Origin: Polyangiales bacterium
GTDB taxonomy: Bacteria > Myxococcota_A > Polyangia > Polyangiales > JAFGIB01
Length of the DNA stretch: 52,914 nt
Direction of reading: 5' to 3'
NCBI GenBank assembly: GCA_035687405.1
Contig: DASRXR010000355.1
Span: forward strand, 1-52,914
The notes beneath the pieces were generated by a model. It was given only the letters and a program-made list of their open reading frames with translations, ran no database searches and was not told the DNA's origin. Each line of letters opens with the position of its first letter. Position 1 is the first letter of the stretch. The position numbers were made by a program, and so were the translations under genes. Positions 1 through 9,335 of the stretch are shown in pieces.

Positions 1-766
1 CGCCCGACGCATTGCCCGCCGTGACCGTTCCCGGCTTGCGAAACGGTGTCGACAGCTTCGCGAGTGCTTCGAGCGTGGTGTCGCCGCGCGGATGCTCGTC
101 CTTGTCGACTTGCACGACTTCGTTCTTGCCGCGTTGCACCGGCACCGCGACGATCTCTTCGGCGAGCCAACCGCGCTCTTGCGCTGCGACAGCCTTCTTC
201 TGGCTCGCGACCGCGAACTTGTCCTGCGCGTCGCGTGCGATCTTGTATTCTTCGGCGACGTTTTCCGCGGTCTCGGGCATCGAGTCCACGCCGTATTGGC
301 TCTTCATCAACGCATTCACGAAGCGCCAACCGATCGTCGTGTCGAAGATCTCGGCGTTGCGGCTGAACGCGGTCGTCGCCTTGCCCATGACGAACGGCGC
401 GCGCGACATGGATTCCACGCCGCCCGCAATGATCAGATCGACTTCGCCGCTCTTGATCGCACGCGCAGCGATGCTGACTGCGTCCATGCCCGAGCCGCAC
501 AAACGATTCACCGTCGTGCCCGGAACTTCGGCAGGCAAGCCCGCGAGCAAGCTCGACATGCGCGCCACGTTGCGGTTGTCCTCGCCGGCTTGATTCGCAC
601 AGCCGAAGATCACGTCGTCGATCGCGCTGAAATCGAGCTTCGGATTGCGCTCGCGCAGGGCCTTGATCGGAATCGCGCCCAGGTCGTCGGCGCGAACGGA
701 GGACAGTACACCGGCGTAGCGGCCGATTGGCGTGCGGATGGCGTCACAGATGAATGCGTCTTTCAC
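1..766 (-). CDS. Thiolase (acetyl-CoA C-acyltransferase / 3-oxoadipyl-CoA thiolase-like), N-terminal ~255 aa; the 3' end lies outside the window
   Basis: My own minus-strand translation; the gene is absent from the ORF track because it has no stop in the window. GTG at 766-764 is followed by MKDAFICDAIRTPIGRYAGVLSSVRADDLGAIPIKALRERNPKLDFSAIDDVIFGCANQAGEDNRNVARMSSLLAGLPAEVPGTTVNRLCGSGMDAV... NRLCGSGMDA is the thiolase acyl-enzyme Cys loop, and the N-terminus resembles PcaF/PaaJ. Confidence 0.85.
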   Translation of the reverse strand, partial: MKDAFICDAIRTPIGRYAGVLSSVRADDLGAIPIKALRERNPKLDFSAIDDVIFGCANQAGEDNRNVARMSSLLAGLPAEVPGTTVNRLCGSGMDAVSIAARAIKSGEVDLIIAGGVESMSRAPFVMGKATTAFSRNAEIFDTTIGWRFVNALMKSQYGVDSMPETAENVAEEYKIARDAQDKFAVASQKKAVAAQERGWLAEEIVAVPVQRGKNEVVQVDKDEHPRGDTTLEALAKLSTPFRKPGTVTAGNASG

Positions 767-930
767 GATGGGTCTCCAGGGGGTGCAGGGGACTGTAGAT
801 CAGTGTGGGGTTCCCGTCTCCATCGCCCGGGACCGGAGCGATTCACTGAGGCACGGATGCGCCACATGGGTCGCAGCCCGAGCCTGCATCGCCACACGGC
901 GCCGCCCGAAATTCCCAAACTCCTCGAATC

Positions 931-2514
931 GTGAAGCTTTTTACTTGCCTGACGACCGGCATGCGCCGTGCTTTGTACCCAGTCACCTTGGGCATCGAAA
1001 TCGATCAAGAGCACTTCACGGCGGAGGACCATCGCCGTTTCAAGGCACGTCTCCAGGACGCGCTGACGGCACTCGACCATGTTCTCGATCGGCCAGGGTT
1101 CGGGATCGGCGATCGCACGATCGGCGCCGAGCTCGAGCTGTTCCTGATCGATGGCCAGGGTCGTCCGTTCCCGGTCAACGAACAGGTGGAGAGCGCGGCG
1201 AAAAATCCGCTGATCACCCCCGAGCTCGGCGCGTTCAGCATCGAGCTCAACACACCGCCGGTTCGGCTCGCGGGTCGCCCGTTTACGGCGCTCGAGGATC
1301 ACCTCGTGCGCACGATCGACGACATCGAACGCCAAGCGGTTGCGCGCGGTGCGCGCTCGGTGCCAATCAGCATCTTGCCGACGTTCCGCCCGGACGACTT
1401 TTCGAGCGGCTCGATCACTGATCGCCCGCGCTACCGCGCGCTCGCGGCCGGGTTGCGTCGCTTGCGCAAGGGGCCGTTCACGGTTCGCATCGAAGGCGAA
1501 GATACGCTCGAGCTGATCTCGGAGGACATCGCACTCGAGGGCGCGAACTTGGCGTTTCAACTACATGTGCGCACCGCTCCGGAAGAGTTCGCACGCATGT
1601 TCAACGCAGCGATGATGCTGACGGCACCGGTGCTCGCTGTGTCCGGCAACTCACCGACGTTCCTCGAGCACCGGCTGTGGGAAGAGACGCGTGTCGCGTT
1701 GTTCCAACAGGCCGGAGACGACCGGCCTGTCGACGACGACAACGACTGGCAAGCGCCCGGACGCACCGGATTTGGCAGCGGTTGGGTGCGCGAAGGTGCG
1801 GCTGAGCTGTTCCGTGAAAGTGTCGCGCTGTACGAGCCGGTCTTACCGGTGTGCAGCCCGGAGCTGCCACTCGCGGGCCTCGCGCAGGGTGGGGTGCCGA
1901 AGCTTTCCGAGTTGCGACTGCATCACGGCACGGTCTGGAAGTGGAACCGCCCGGTGTACGATGCCGAAGGCGGAGGACATTTGCGGATCGAGTTGCGTGC
2001 GTTGCCTTCAGGACCGAGTGTCCGCGATATGGTCGCGAACGCGGCGTGTCTGCTCGGCGGAATGCTCGCGTACGCACCGCGCATGCTGGAGCTGTTGCCG
2101 GCGTTTCCGTTCGCGCTCGCGGAGCGCAACTTCTATCGCGCGGCGCAGTTCGGGCTCGATGCCGAGCTCGCGTGGCCGCGTGAAAACGGCCGGCCGGAAT
2201 CGGTGCTCGCGCGCGACCTTCTCCCCGAGATCGTGTCACAAGCGCGTCATGCTTTGCTGGATGCCGGTGTGACTGTGGCAGAAGTCGACGATACACTTGG
2301 CATCATCAACGCTCGCGTGCATATGGGCACTACGGGTGCGGTGTGGCAAAGCCGTGCTCTTGCGGCGCTCGAGGCTAGGGGCCTCCATCGCGCCGAGGCA
2401 TTGCGTCAGATGCTCGCATATTACGTCGAGCAGGTGCACACGGGTCAACCCGTGCACGCATGGCGCGATCCGGAGTCGCTGACGTCGCTCGAGCTCGAGT
2501 GCGACAGCGCCTGA
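931..2514 (+). CDS. Glutamate-cysteine ligase family 2 (GCS2) / carboxylate-amine ligase-like protein
   Basis: Track ORF of 527 aa. VTLGIEIDQEHF, IGAELELFLID, ITPELGAFSIELNT and ANLAFQLHV resemble YbdK/GCS2-type ATP-grasp-like ligases. An alternative ATG start lies at 961. Confidence 0.65.
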   Translation: MKLFTCLTTGMRRALYPVTLGIEIDQEHFTAEDHRRFKARLQDALTALDHVLDRPGFGIGDRTIGAELELFLIDGQGRPFPVNEQVESAAKNPLITPELGAFSIELNTPPVRLAGRPFTALEDHLVRTIDDIERQAVARGARSVPISILPTFRPDDFSSGSITDRPRYRALAAGLRRLRKGPFTVRIEGEDTLELISEDIALEGANLAFQLHVRTAPEEFARMFNAAMMLTAPVLAVSGNSPTFLEHRLWEETRVALFQQAGDDRPVDDDNDWQAPGRTGFGSGWVREGAAELFRESVALYEPVLPVCSPELPLAGLAQGGVPKLSELRLHHGTVWKWNRPVYDAEGGGHLRIELRALPSGPSVRDMVANAACLLGGMLAYAPRMLELLPAFPFALAERNFYRAAQFGLDAELAWPRENGRPESVLARDLLPEIVSQARHALLDAGVTVAEVDDTLGIINARVHMGTTGAVWQSRALAALEARGLHRAEALRQMLAYYVEQVHTGQPVHAWRDPESLTSLELECDSA

Positions 2515-2567
2515 ACGAATTTATCGAACTCGAATCGTCGCCGCTGATAGCGGCATGGAGGTGTATC

Positions 2568-3467
2568 GTGTGTGAGTTGCTCGGCGTGGTTTCCAACGTG
2601 CCGGCTGATCTGGTGTTTTCTTTCACCGGTTTCGCGCTGCGCGGCGGACAGACGGGCCCGCACGCGGATGGCTGGGGTCTATCCCTCTACGAAGGCTACT
2701 TTGCGCGCACGTTTCTCGAGCCGCATCCGGCGTTCTCGAGCCCACTTGCACGTTTTTTGCGCGAGAACCCGATTCAAACCGGCTTGGCGATCGCGCACAT
2801 TCGAAAGAAGACGCGCGGCGAGCCGAAGATCGTGAACACGCACCCGTTCGTGCGCGTGTTGCACGGGCGTCATCTCGTGTTTGCGCACAACGGCACATTG
2901 CCGTCGATCCGCGAACGCCCGCTGAAGTGGCAAAGCACGCTCGGCGATACCGATAGCGAACACGCGTTTTGCGTGTTGCTCGAAGAGCTGCGCACAGCGT
3001 ACGGCGATCGCTATCCGAGCGATCCGTATCAGCTGGGCAAGACACTTCACGAGCTCGGCAACGAACTCGGACAAGACGGCGTGTTCAACTTCTTGTACGC
3101 CGATGGCGAATGCTTGTACGCGCGATGCGGCGACAACCTGTCGTGCATCCTGCGAGAGCCGCCGTTTGGCTCCGCGACGTTGGTGGACGCCGACGTGCGC
3201 GTCAACTTGGGCGATGTGATGCGCGAGGTTCCCGAAGCGCGGATGGCCGTGATCGCGACCGAGCCGCTGACGCGCGACGAGACGTGGGAAAAAGGTCAGC
3301 CCGGAGCGCTCTGGGTGTTCCGCGCTGGCGAACGCGTGTTGTCGTTTCCCGGAACGGCGTCTGCGCAGGCAGTCGCAAATACCTGGGTCAACGGGCAGCA
3401 CAAACCGCAGCGTCCGAGCGTGCCACCCGCGGCCGCCGCGGCGCAGTCTAGTCCGCCGGCACGCTGA
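2568..3467 (+). CDS. Class II (Ntn-type) glutamine amidotransferase, YafJ/EgtC-like
   Basis: An in-frame GTG at 2568 gives M-CELLGVVSN, placing Cys directly after the initiator as the Ntn nucleophile. HADGWGL, AHIRKKTRGE, NTHPF and FAHNGT are also present. The track start at 2460 would overlap the upstream gene by 55 nt. Confidence 0.75.
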   Translation: MCELLGVVSNVPADLVFSFTGFALRGGQTGPHADGWGLSLYEGYFARTFLEPHPAFSSPLARFLRENPIQTGLAIAHIRKKTRGEPKIVNTHPFVRVLHGRHLVFAHNGTLPSIRERPLKWQSTLGDTDSEHAFCVLLEELRTAYGDRYPSDPYQLGKTLHELGNELGQDGVFNFLYADGECLYARCGDNLSCILREPPFGSATLVDADVRVNLGDVMREVPEARMAVIATEPLTRDETWEKGQPGALWVFRAGERVLSFPGTASAQAVANTWVNGQHKPQRPSVPPAAAAAQSSPPAR

Positions 3468-3511
3468 ACTCGGTCGGGCTCGAGGCCGCGATCTGGATCC
3501 ACAGCAGCGCC

Positions 3512-4885
3512 TCAGTCGGAGCCCAACTTTTTCGCGAGTGTTTGGCGGGTGATTCCGAGCAACTGCGCTGCCGCGGATTTGTTGCCGCCGCACAGCGCGA
3601 GCACGCGCCGAATGTGAAGTGCTTCAACTTCGGCCAGGGTTGCGACCGAATTGAGCCCGGAAACGTTGTCGCCGTCGGCTCTCTGTGGCCGCTCTGGTTC
3701 GGCGAGCGCTGCGCTGATCAGCTCGGCCGGCAAGTGCACGAGCTCCAAGGTATCGGCATCGTTCATGAGCGCGGCGCGGTGAACCGTCGCCTTGAGCTCG
3801 CGAATGTTGCCCGGCCAGCGATAGCGCTCGAGCACACGCCGTGCCGGGTCGGCTACCTGCCGCCAACGGCGGCCGTAGGTTCGGTTCGCTTCCTGTAAGA
3901 ACATGTGAATGAGTGCGGGTACCTCCTCCGGCCGATCGCGCAGCGGTGGGATCCGCAACGTCATGCCGCTGAGGCGATACCAGAGGTCTTCGCGAAACGT
4001 CTTGTCGTTCACCATCGCGGCGAGATCGCGATTGGTGGCCGCGACGACGCGCGTCTGCACGCGCTTGAGGGTCGTGCTTCCGAGGCGCCGGAAGCTGCGC
4101 TGCTCGAGAAACGTCAGCAGCTTCGCTTGCGCCGAGATGTTCAAGTCGCCGATCTCGTCGAGAAAGAGCGTGCCACCGTCCGCGATTTCGACGAGACCGC
4201 GCTTGCGCGAACGCGCGTCGGAAAACGCTCCGCGTTCGTGACCGAAGAGCTCACTCTCGACGAGCGTTTCAGGGATCGCCGAGCAGTTGAGCTCGACGAA
4301 CGCACCTGCGCGCACGGCGGAGCTCTCGTGCAGGGTTTGTGCGATCAGCTGTTTGCCAGTGCCGCTCTCCCCGACGATCAACGCGACCGGCACGTCGTTC
4401 GTCGCGATCAAGGTCGCTTCGGCGAGCAGGCGCCGCATCGCCGGAGACTCGCTGACCATCTCTTGCGGCGTGAGGCGCGCGCGATCGCGGTTGGCAAAGT
4501 ACTCGACGCGTTGCTCGAGCGAGCTCATGTGCAGTGCGTTGCGAAGCCCGGCGATCACTTCGGCGAGATCGAAAGGCTTGCGAACGAAGTCGTAAGCGCC
4601 GAGCTTGATCGCTTGCACCGCTTCTTCGACCGAGCCTTGCGCCGTGATCACGAGAAACTTCGTCTCGGGCGCTTCGCTGCGCATCTGGGAGAGAAGGGTG
4701 AGCCCGTGCCCGTCGCCTAAAATCAGGTCGACCACGACCGCATCCGGACGATTCTGCGCAAATGCGGAAGTAGCTTCGGCCACGGTCGATGCCGCGCTGA
4801 CTTCGTAGCCTTCGCGCTTCAGTGCCGCCGTCAGCGTCTGGCGGATCAAAGGCTCGTCGTCGACGACCATCACGTGCGCGTGCAT
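3512..4885 (-). CDS. Sigma-54-dependent response regulator (REC - AAA+ - Fis-type HTH; NtrC family)
   Basis: VMVVDDEP...DAVVVDL is the receiver domain. GESGTGKQLIAQTLH is Walker A. ESELFGHERGAFSDA is the GAFTGA-type sigma-54 contact loop. The C-terminal AAQLLGITRQTLAKKL is an HTH. The start lies 3 nt after the kinase stop. Confidence 0.92.
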   Translation of the reverse strand: MHAHVMVVDDEPLIRQTLTAALKREGYEVSAASTVAEATSAFAQNRPDAVVVDLILGDGHGLTLLSQMRSEAPETKFLVITAQGSVEEAVQAIKLGAYDFVRKPFDLAEVIAGLRNALHMSSLEQRVEYFANRDRARLTPQEMVSESPAMRRLLAEATLIATNDVPVALIVGESGTGKQLIAQTLHESSAVRAGAFVELNCSAIPETLVESELFGHERGAFSDARSRKRGLVEIADGGTLFLDEIGDLNISAQAKLLTFLEQRSFRRLGSTTLKRVQTRVVAATNRDLAAMVNDKTFREDLWYRLSGMTLRIPPLRDRPEEVPALIHMFLQEANRTYGRRWRQVADPARRVLERYRWPGNIRELKATVHRAALMNDADTLELVHLPAELISAALAEPERPQRADGDNVSGLNSVATLAEVEALHIRRVLALCGGNKSAAAQLLGITRQTLAKKLGSD

Positions 4886-4888
4886 GAG

Positions 4889-6373
4889 CTACCTCGCCAG
4901 CGGCAATGAGACGCGGAAGATCGCACCCGGCTTGTCGGTGCGGTTCGTGGCTTCGAGCGTGCCGCCATGCTCGACCACGATGTTGCGCGAAGTCGCGAGC
5001 CCGAGTCCGTGGCCGTTCGGTTTGCTCGATCGAAACGGCGTAAACGCGTGCGCGAGTTGTTCCGCCGACATGCCGGTGCCCTCGTCTGCGACCTCGATCC
5101 GAACCTCGCGCCGGCCAGGAGATTCGGTCACGAGCGCGCGCGTCTCGATCGCGCCGCCGCTCGGCATCGCTTCGGCCGCGTTGCGATACAGATTCACGAA
5201 GACCTGTGTCATCAGCAATGGATCGACGTTGAGCTCGGGCAGACCCGATTGCTCTCGAATACGAAACTTCCACAGGTCTTGCCGCAGTTGTGCCTGGACC
5301 GCATCGCGGGCGGACTCGAGAAAGCTGCGCACGGGCGTCGCGTGGACTTCCGGTGCGAGGGGCCGCGCGTAGCCGATCAAACGCCGCATCAGCTGCTCGA
5401 TGCGCGTGACCTCGCGTTCCAGCGCTTCCGCGGTCGGGCGAACGCTGTCGACCGACAAGTCGCCCGCATCTGCTTGCATGCGCATCAGCTGAACCGCAGC
5501 TTTCATCCCGGCGAGCGGGTTCAGGATCTCGTGCGCGAGCTTTGCCGTGAGCTCACCGATCGCGCCCATCTTTTGACTCTGGATCAATCGGCGGCGCTGC
5601 TCGGCGAGTGCGGTATCGGCTTCTTCCGCTTTCTGTACGAGCGAGGCGATTTGATCCGAAAGCTGCGCTGCGTCGTCACTCGTGTTCTCGAGCCGAATCT
5701 TCGTGCGTTCAGCCGCCGACTCGAATTGCAGTTGCAGCTGATACATCGGCCGCGCGATCCTGCGCGCCCACAAGAATCCGACTGTCACGCTCGAGAGCGC
5801 GACGACCAAACACGTGGCGACGAGAGACCACGCCAAGAGCCGAATCGTTCGTTCAGCCGTGACGAGTGAACGCTCCGTTTCACGCCGTGCGTACTGACTG
5901 AACTGCTGCGAGAGATCGACGAGGCGATCGATGTGCCGGTGGTAGCCCGGGATCATCGCGATCGCTTCGCCGCTCCGACCCGCTGCGAACAACTCGAGTG
6001 CGACGCGACGCGAGCGATCGTAGGCTTCGTTCTCGCGGATGATCTCGTCGAGGATCTCGCGCTGCTTCGCGTCCCGCAGCTGCAGCGGGTGTTTGACCCA
6101 CAGCTCGAACTTCGCGCGCGTGTCCTCGAGCTTGCGCAACCACACCGGGTCACGCGTCAGCATGTAGTCGCCGACGTAGCCCTTTTGGTAAAGGAGCGCG
6201 TCGAACGCGGAGGCATCGCGCAGCAGGTCGACCTCCTGCGTCACGACCGACTTCGTCTGCTGCGACACGTTCACGAGCCTGACGAGCGCGATCACGCACA
6301 CCACCGCCATCGCCGCGCTCGAAAGAATGAACGCGAGCGCGAGCCGCACCCCGAGCTTCGACGGCCCTCTCAT
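4889..6373 (-). CDS. Membrane sensor histidine kinase (two TM segments, periplasmic helical sensor, HisKA, HATPase_c)
   Basis: The N-terminal TM is LALAFILSSAAMAVVCVIALV and the second TM is LLAWSLVATCLVVALSSVTVGFLW. The H-box is LAHEILNPLAGM. The N/G boxes are FVNLYRNAAEAM, ADEGTGM and GHGLGLA. It forms an operon with the NtrC-type regulator. Confidence 0.88.
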   Translation of the reverse strand: MRGPSKLGVRLALAFILSSAAMAVVCVIALVRLVNVSQQTKSVVTQEVDLLRDASAFDALLYQKGYVGDYMLTRDPVWLRKLEDTRAKFELWVKHPLQLRDAKQREILDEIIRENEAYDRSRRVALELFAAGRSGEAIAMIPGYHRHIDRLVDLSQQFSQYARRETERSLVTAERTIRLLAWSLVATCLVVALSSVTVGFLWARRIARPMYQLQLQFESAAERTKIRLENTSDDAAQLSDQIASLVQKAEEADTALAEQRRRLIQSQKMGAIGELTAKLAHEILNPLAGMKAAVQLMRMQADAGDLSVDSVRPTAEALEREVTRIEQLMRRLIGYARPLAPEVHATPVRSFLESARDAVQAQLRQDLWKFRIREQSGLPELNVDPLLMTQVFVNLYRNAAEAMPSGGAIETRALVTESPGRREVRIEVADEGTGMSAEQLAHAFTPFRSSKPNGHGLGLATSRNIVVEHGGTLEATNRTDKPGAIFRVSLPLAR

Positions 6374-6466
6374 GGGCGCGGGGCCTTTCGATGCGGTCTT
6401 CGTGGGGCGCAGAGGTGGGGAACCCGGTGAGCGGCGGACTTCACGCCAGCCGCGTAGTGCAAGGAG

Positions 6467-6489
6467 CTTGCTAGTTGCTAGCTAGCAAG
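6467..6489. promoter_or_regulatory. Nested palindrome CTTGCTAG-TTGCTAG-CTAGCAAG, containing the perfect 14-bp palindrome TTGCTAGCTAGCAA at 6475-6488; candidate regulator/EBP binding site
   Basis: Read directly from the sequence. It lies in the divergent intergenic region, about 100 nt upstream of the kinase start (6373, minus) and about 250 nt upstream of the -24/-12-like element at 6736. Confidence 0.4.
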
Positions 6490-6735
6490 TGGGAACCAGC
6501 TTAGCTCGCGACTTGTTCCCTGCAACGGCGCGAATTCTGCAAGGACTGCGACGCTTAGTCGCTTCGAAGAAACGCGGCAGTTCCAGTTTTGCAACTATGA
6601 CGCGCGGTTCCAGCACGGAGTGTGCACGGATCGCGCGTCAAATATCTCACCGCAGCGGTGGCGCCGCGTTCAATTCTTTTACGCCGCTGGTAGCAGCACG
6701 CTGGATTTCAGCGTGTGTCTACGGCTCCTGCGTTT

Positions 6736-6751
6736 AGGAACGAAGCTTGCT
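6736..6751 (+). promoter_or_regulatory. Candidate sigma-54 (-24/-12) promoter for the RND efflux operon
   Basis: AGGAACGAAGCTTGCT compares with the consensus TGGCACG-N4-TTGCW. GG (6737-6738) and GC (6749-6750) have the correct 10-nt spacing. It sits 100 nt upstream of the ATG at 6851, and an NtrC-type activator is encoded divergently. Confidence 0.4.
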
Positions 6752-6850
6752 CTCCGGGCAGCTCGTGATCGCTTTGGAAGTTTCAATTTGTTTCCGCCGC
6801 CAGCTCGTGGCTGCGCATGATCTCACCCGTTCGGCAGCGAGACCCGAGCG

Positions 6851-8110
6851 ATGAACGCACGTTCGGTGTGTTTCGGATTCGGCATCGCGCTTGCGACCTT
6901 GCCGCTGAGGGCGGCAGGTCAGTCGGACGGTGCGGTCGTGCTCTCGCTCGAGGAAGCGCAGTCGCGTGCGGCTCGACTTGCTCCGGAAGCCCGCCTAGCG
7001 GCCGGTCGGATCAAGGAGGCCGCCGCGACCCGGGTCGGTGCGGGTGTCATCCTGCCGGTCAATCCCTCGGTCTCTTTCGACGCTCGGCCTGGCCTCGATC
7101 GGAATACGCGAGGCGAGGTCGGTGTTGCTGGTGGGCTCGACGTCACCTTCGAGGTGGGCGGCGGGCCGGGCGCGCGCGAGCGTGAAGCGGACGCGCGCAC
7201 ACGTTCGGCCACCGCGGAGGGTGGCATTGCGCAGCTCGAAGCTCGCCTCGCGGCAGAGCAGGCGTACGTCGCGGAACGCATTGCAGCGCTGCGCATTGCG
7301 CACGCGAAAGAAGCGATCGAGCTCGGCGAACGCGTGCTCGCAGCGGCGCTCGAACGCCTGAACGCGGGTGCCGGCAGCGACATCGACGTGAGCTCCGCGA
7401 AGTCGGAACTCGCGGAGTTTCGCGCGGAGCTGCATGCGGCCGAAGCGGAGCGCCGCCAGAGTGAGATGGAGTTGCGCTACCTCGTCGCGATTCCGGTCGC
7501 GGCGCCGCTGCAGCTGTCGACCGCGATCGAACAACCGATTGCGATCGCGCCGATCGAGTCGCTCGTGAAGCGCTCGCGCGAGCAGCTGCCCGACCTCGCG
7601 GCGATTCGCGCCCGGCTCGGGCTTCTCGCCGCCGCCGACAATCGCCTGAAGACGGAAGCGTTCCCGAAGCTGGGTGCACGTCTCGGCGTCGATGCGTCCC
7701 CCGCGTCGCCCGTGTATGGAATCGCCGGCTTGTCGGTCGAGCTTCCGTTCGCGCAGCGCAACCAAGGTCCGCGCGCTGTCGTCGCTGCCGAGCGCGAGAC
7801 CGAGCTCGATCGCTTCGACTTCACCGCCGGCCGGCTCGACCTGGCGTTGCGCGCGATTCACGGCGCGTACGAGGCGCACCGCGAAGAACTCGGCGTGCTC
7901 ACGCAGGCTGGTTTACCCGCCGCAGAAGAACATCTGCGTTTGGTCGAGACGGGCTGGCGTGCCGGTCGGTTCGACATCTTCCGACTGACTACTGCAGCGC
8001 AGAGTCTCGTGCGCATGAAAGCCGCGCGCGTCAGCGTGCTCGAAAGAATTTGGCGACAGCGAATGTTGCTCGAACGTTGGACTGGAGGATCGATCGATGA
8101 CCGCTCATGA
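6851..8110 (+). CDS. Outer-membrane efflux factor (TolC/CzcC family)
   Basis: The signal peptide is MNARSVCFGFGIALATLPLRAAG. The protein is a long Ala/Glu/Arg-rich coiled-coil type typical of OMF proteins. It is the first gene of a three-gene efflux operon and overlaps the next gene by 14 nt. Confidence 0.8.
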   Translation: MNARSVCFGFGIALATLPLRAAGQSDGAVVLSLEEAQSRAARLAPEARLAAGRIKEAAATRVGAGVILPVNPSVSFDARPGLDRNTRGEVGVAGGLDVTFEVGGGPGAREREADARTRSATAEGGIAQLEARLAAEQAYVAERIAALRIAHAKEAIELGERVLAAALERLNAGAGSDIDVSSAKSELAEFRAELHAAEAERRQSEMELRYLVAIPVAAPLQLSTAIEQPIAIAPIESLVKRSREQLPDLAAIRARLGLLAAADNRLKTEAFPKLGARLGVDASPASPVYGIAGLSVELPFAQRNQGPRAVVAAERETELDRFDFTAGRLDLALRAIHGAYEAHREELGVLTQAGLPAAEEHLRLVETGWRAGRFDIFRLTTAAQSLVRMKAARVSVLERIWRQRMLLERWTGGSIDDRS

Positions 8111-9308
8111 TCAAACTACATCACCCGAGGAGCCCGGCAAAGGCTCGGCTCAGAGCGCACGTGCGCGCGTCGTGTTCTCGCTGCTCGGAGCGGCGGCGAT
8201 CGTTTTGTTCGGTTGGGTGTTCGTGCGCTCGGACGAAGCGCAGCCCGCCCGCGCCGCCGAGCCGAAAGCCGGCAACGACGCACCGGTTCTCGATGGCGAG
8301 CTGATTCGTTTTTCCGACGCGTTCGGAAAGCGCGCCGGCATCACGACCGAGGCGGTGACGCCGTCCGAGCTCTCGCCGTTCGTGACCGTCGGCGGAACGC
8401 TGACTCACGATCCGCGGCATCGCGCTGCGGTCGGCGCGCGCATTCAAGGTCGCGTGCGGCGCGTGTTCAAGTACCTCGGCGACGAGGTGAAGCGCGGCGA
8501 CACGCTGATCGAGATCGAAAGCGCAGAGCTCGGTCGAGCCGAAGCGGCAGTGCTCGCCGCGCGCGCGAAGGAAAAAGCGGTCGAGGCCGACATGAAACGT
8601 GAACGTCACCTCGCGGAGCAACGCGTCACAGCGCAGCGCGACGCCGAGTTCGCACAAGCCACCTACGAGGCCGCCCGCGCCGAACGCGTCGCGGCTGAGC
8701 GCGCCGTCGAAGCCCTCGGCGGCACGCTGGCCGACGATTTCGGCTTGTTGGTGTTGCGCAGTCCGATCGCCGGGCGGGTCGTCGCGTCGAGCGCAGCGCT
8801 CGGCCAAACCGTCGACCCGACCCAAACGTTGTTCGAGGTTGCCGAGCTGAGCACGCTGTGGGTCGAGCTGCACGTGTTCGAGCGCGATCTGAACGGTGTC
8901 CATCGCGGCAACGACGTGGCGATCACGACGCGTGGCGCGCACGACAAAGTCATCGCGGGCAAAGTCGACCACGTCGGCGAGATCATCGACGTGGACACGC
9001 GCACGGCGCCGATCCGCGTCGTCGTCGCAAACGAGAAGCGCGAGCTGCGCGCCGGCCAGTCCGTCGTCGCGCGCATCGACACCAGCGCCGCCGCACAAAA
9101 GGCGTTGACGATTCCGCGCGCGGCGGTCACGCGCATCGACGGCAAGTCGATGGTGTTCGTGATGCACGACAAGAACACGGTCGAGCCGCGCTCGGTCATG
9201 ACCGGTCCCGAAGATGCCGAGCGCATCGCCGTTCACGAAGGTTTACGCGAGAACGATCGCATCGTCCTCGGCGGCATGTTCGCGCTGAAATCCGAAATCT
9301 TCCGCTGA
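8097..9308 (+). CDS. Efflux RND periplasmic adaptor (membrane fusion protein, HlyD/CzcB family)
   Basis: It has an N-terminal TM (VVFSLLGAAAIVLFGWVF). GDEVKRGDTLIEIESAELG is the lipoyl-like hairpin. It also has a coiled coil and C-terminal beta-barrel motifs. Confidence 0.85.
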   Translation: MTAHDQTTSPEEPGKGSAQSARARVVFSLLGAAAIVLFGWVFVRSDEAQPARAAEPKAGNDAPVLDGELIRFSDAFGKRAGITTEAVTPSELSPFVTVGGTLTHDPRHRAAVGARIQGRVRRVFKYLGDEVKRGDTLIEIESAELGRAEAAVLAARAKEKAVEADMKRERHLAEQRVTAQRDAEFAQATYEAARAERVAAERAVEALGGTLADDFGLLVLRSPIAGRVVASSAALGQTVDPTQTLFEVAELSTLWVELHVFERDLNGVHRGNDVAITTRGAHDKVIAGKVDHVGEIIDVDTRTAPIRVVVANEKRELRAGQSVVARIDTSAAAQKALTIPRAAVTRIDGKSMVFVMHDKNTVEPRSVMTGPEDAERIAVHEGLRENDRIVLGGMFALKSEIFR

Positions 9309-9335
9309 AGACTCCGCTTGCGATCGCTTTAAATC

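Noticed and set aside
6492-6505. A second GG-N10-GC element (GGAACCAGCTTAGC) in the kinase/efflux intergenic region.
   Set aside because: Its -12 half (TTAGC) is weaker. It lies about 350 nt from the efflux ATG and immediately abuts the palindrome, and a better match exists at 6736-6751. It is also part of a GGGAAC...GTTCCC inverted repeat, so it may be a binding site instead.
6489-6820. Small plus-strand ORFs (82 and 66 aa) inside the 477-nt divergent intergenic region.
   Set aside because: They have no ribosome-binding site, their codon usage is atypical for this genome, and they overlap the putative regulatory elements. They are probably non-coding.
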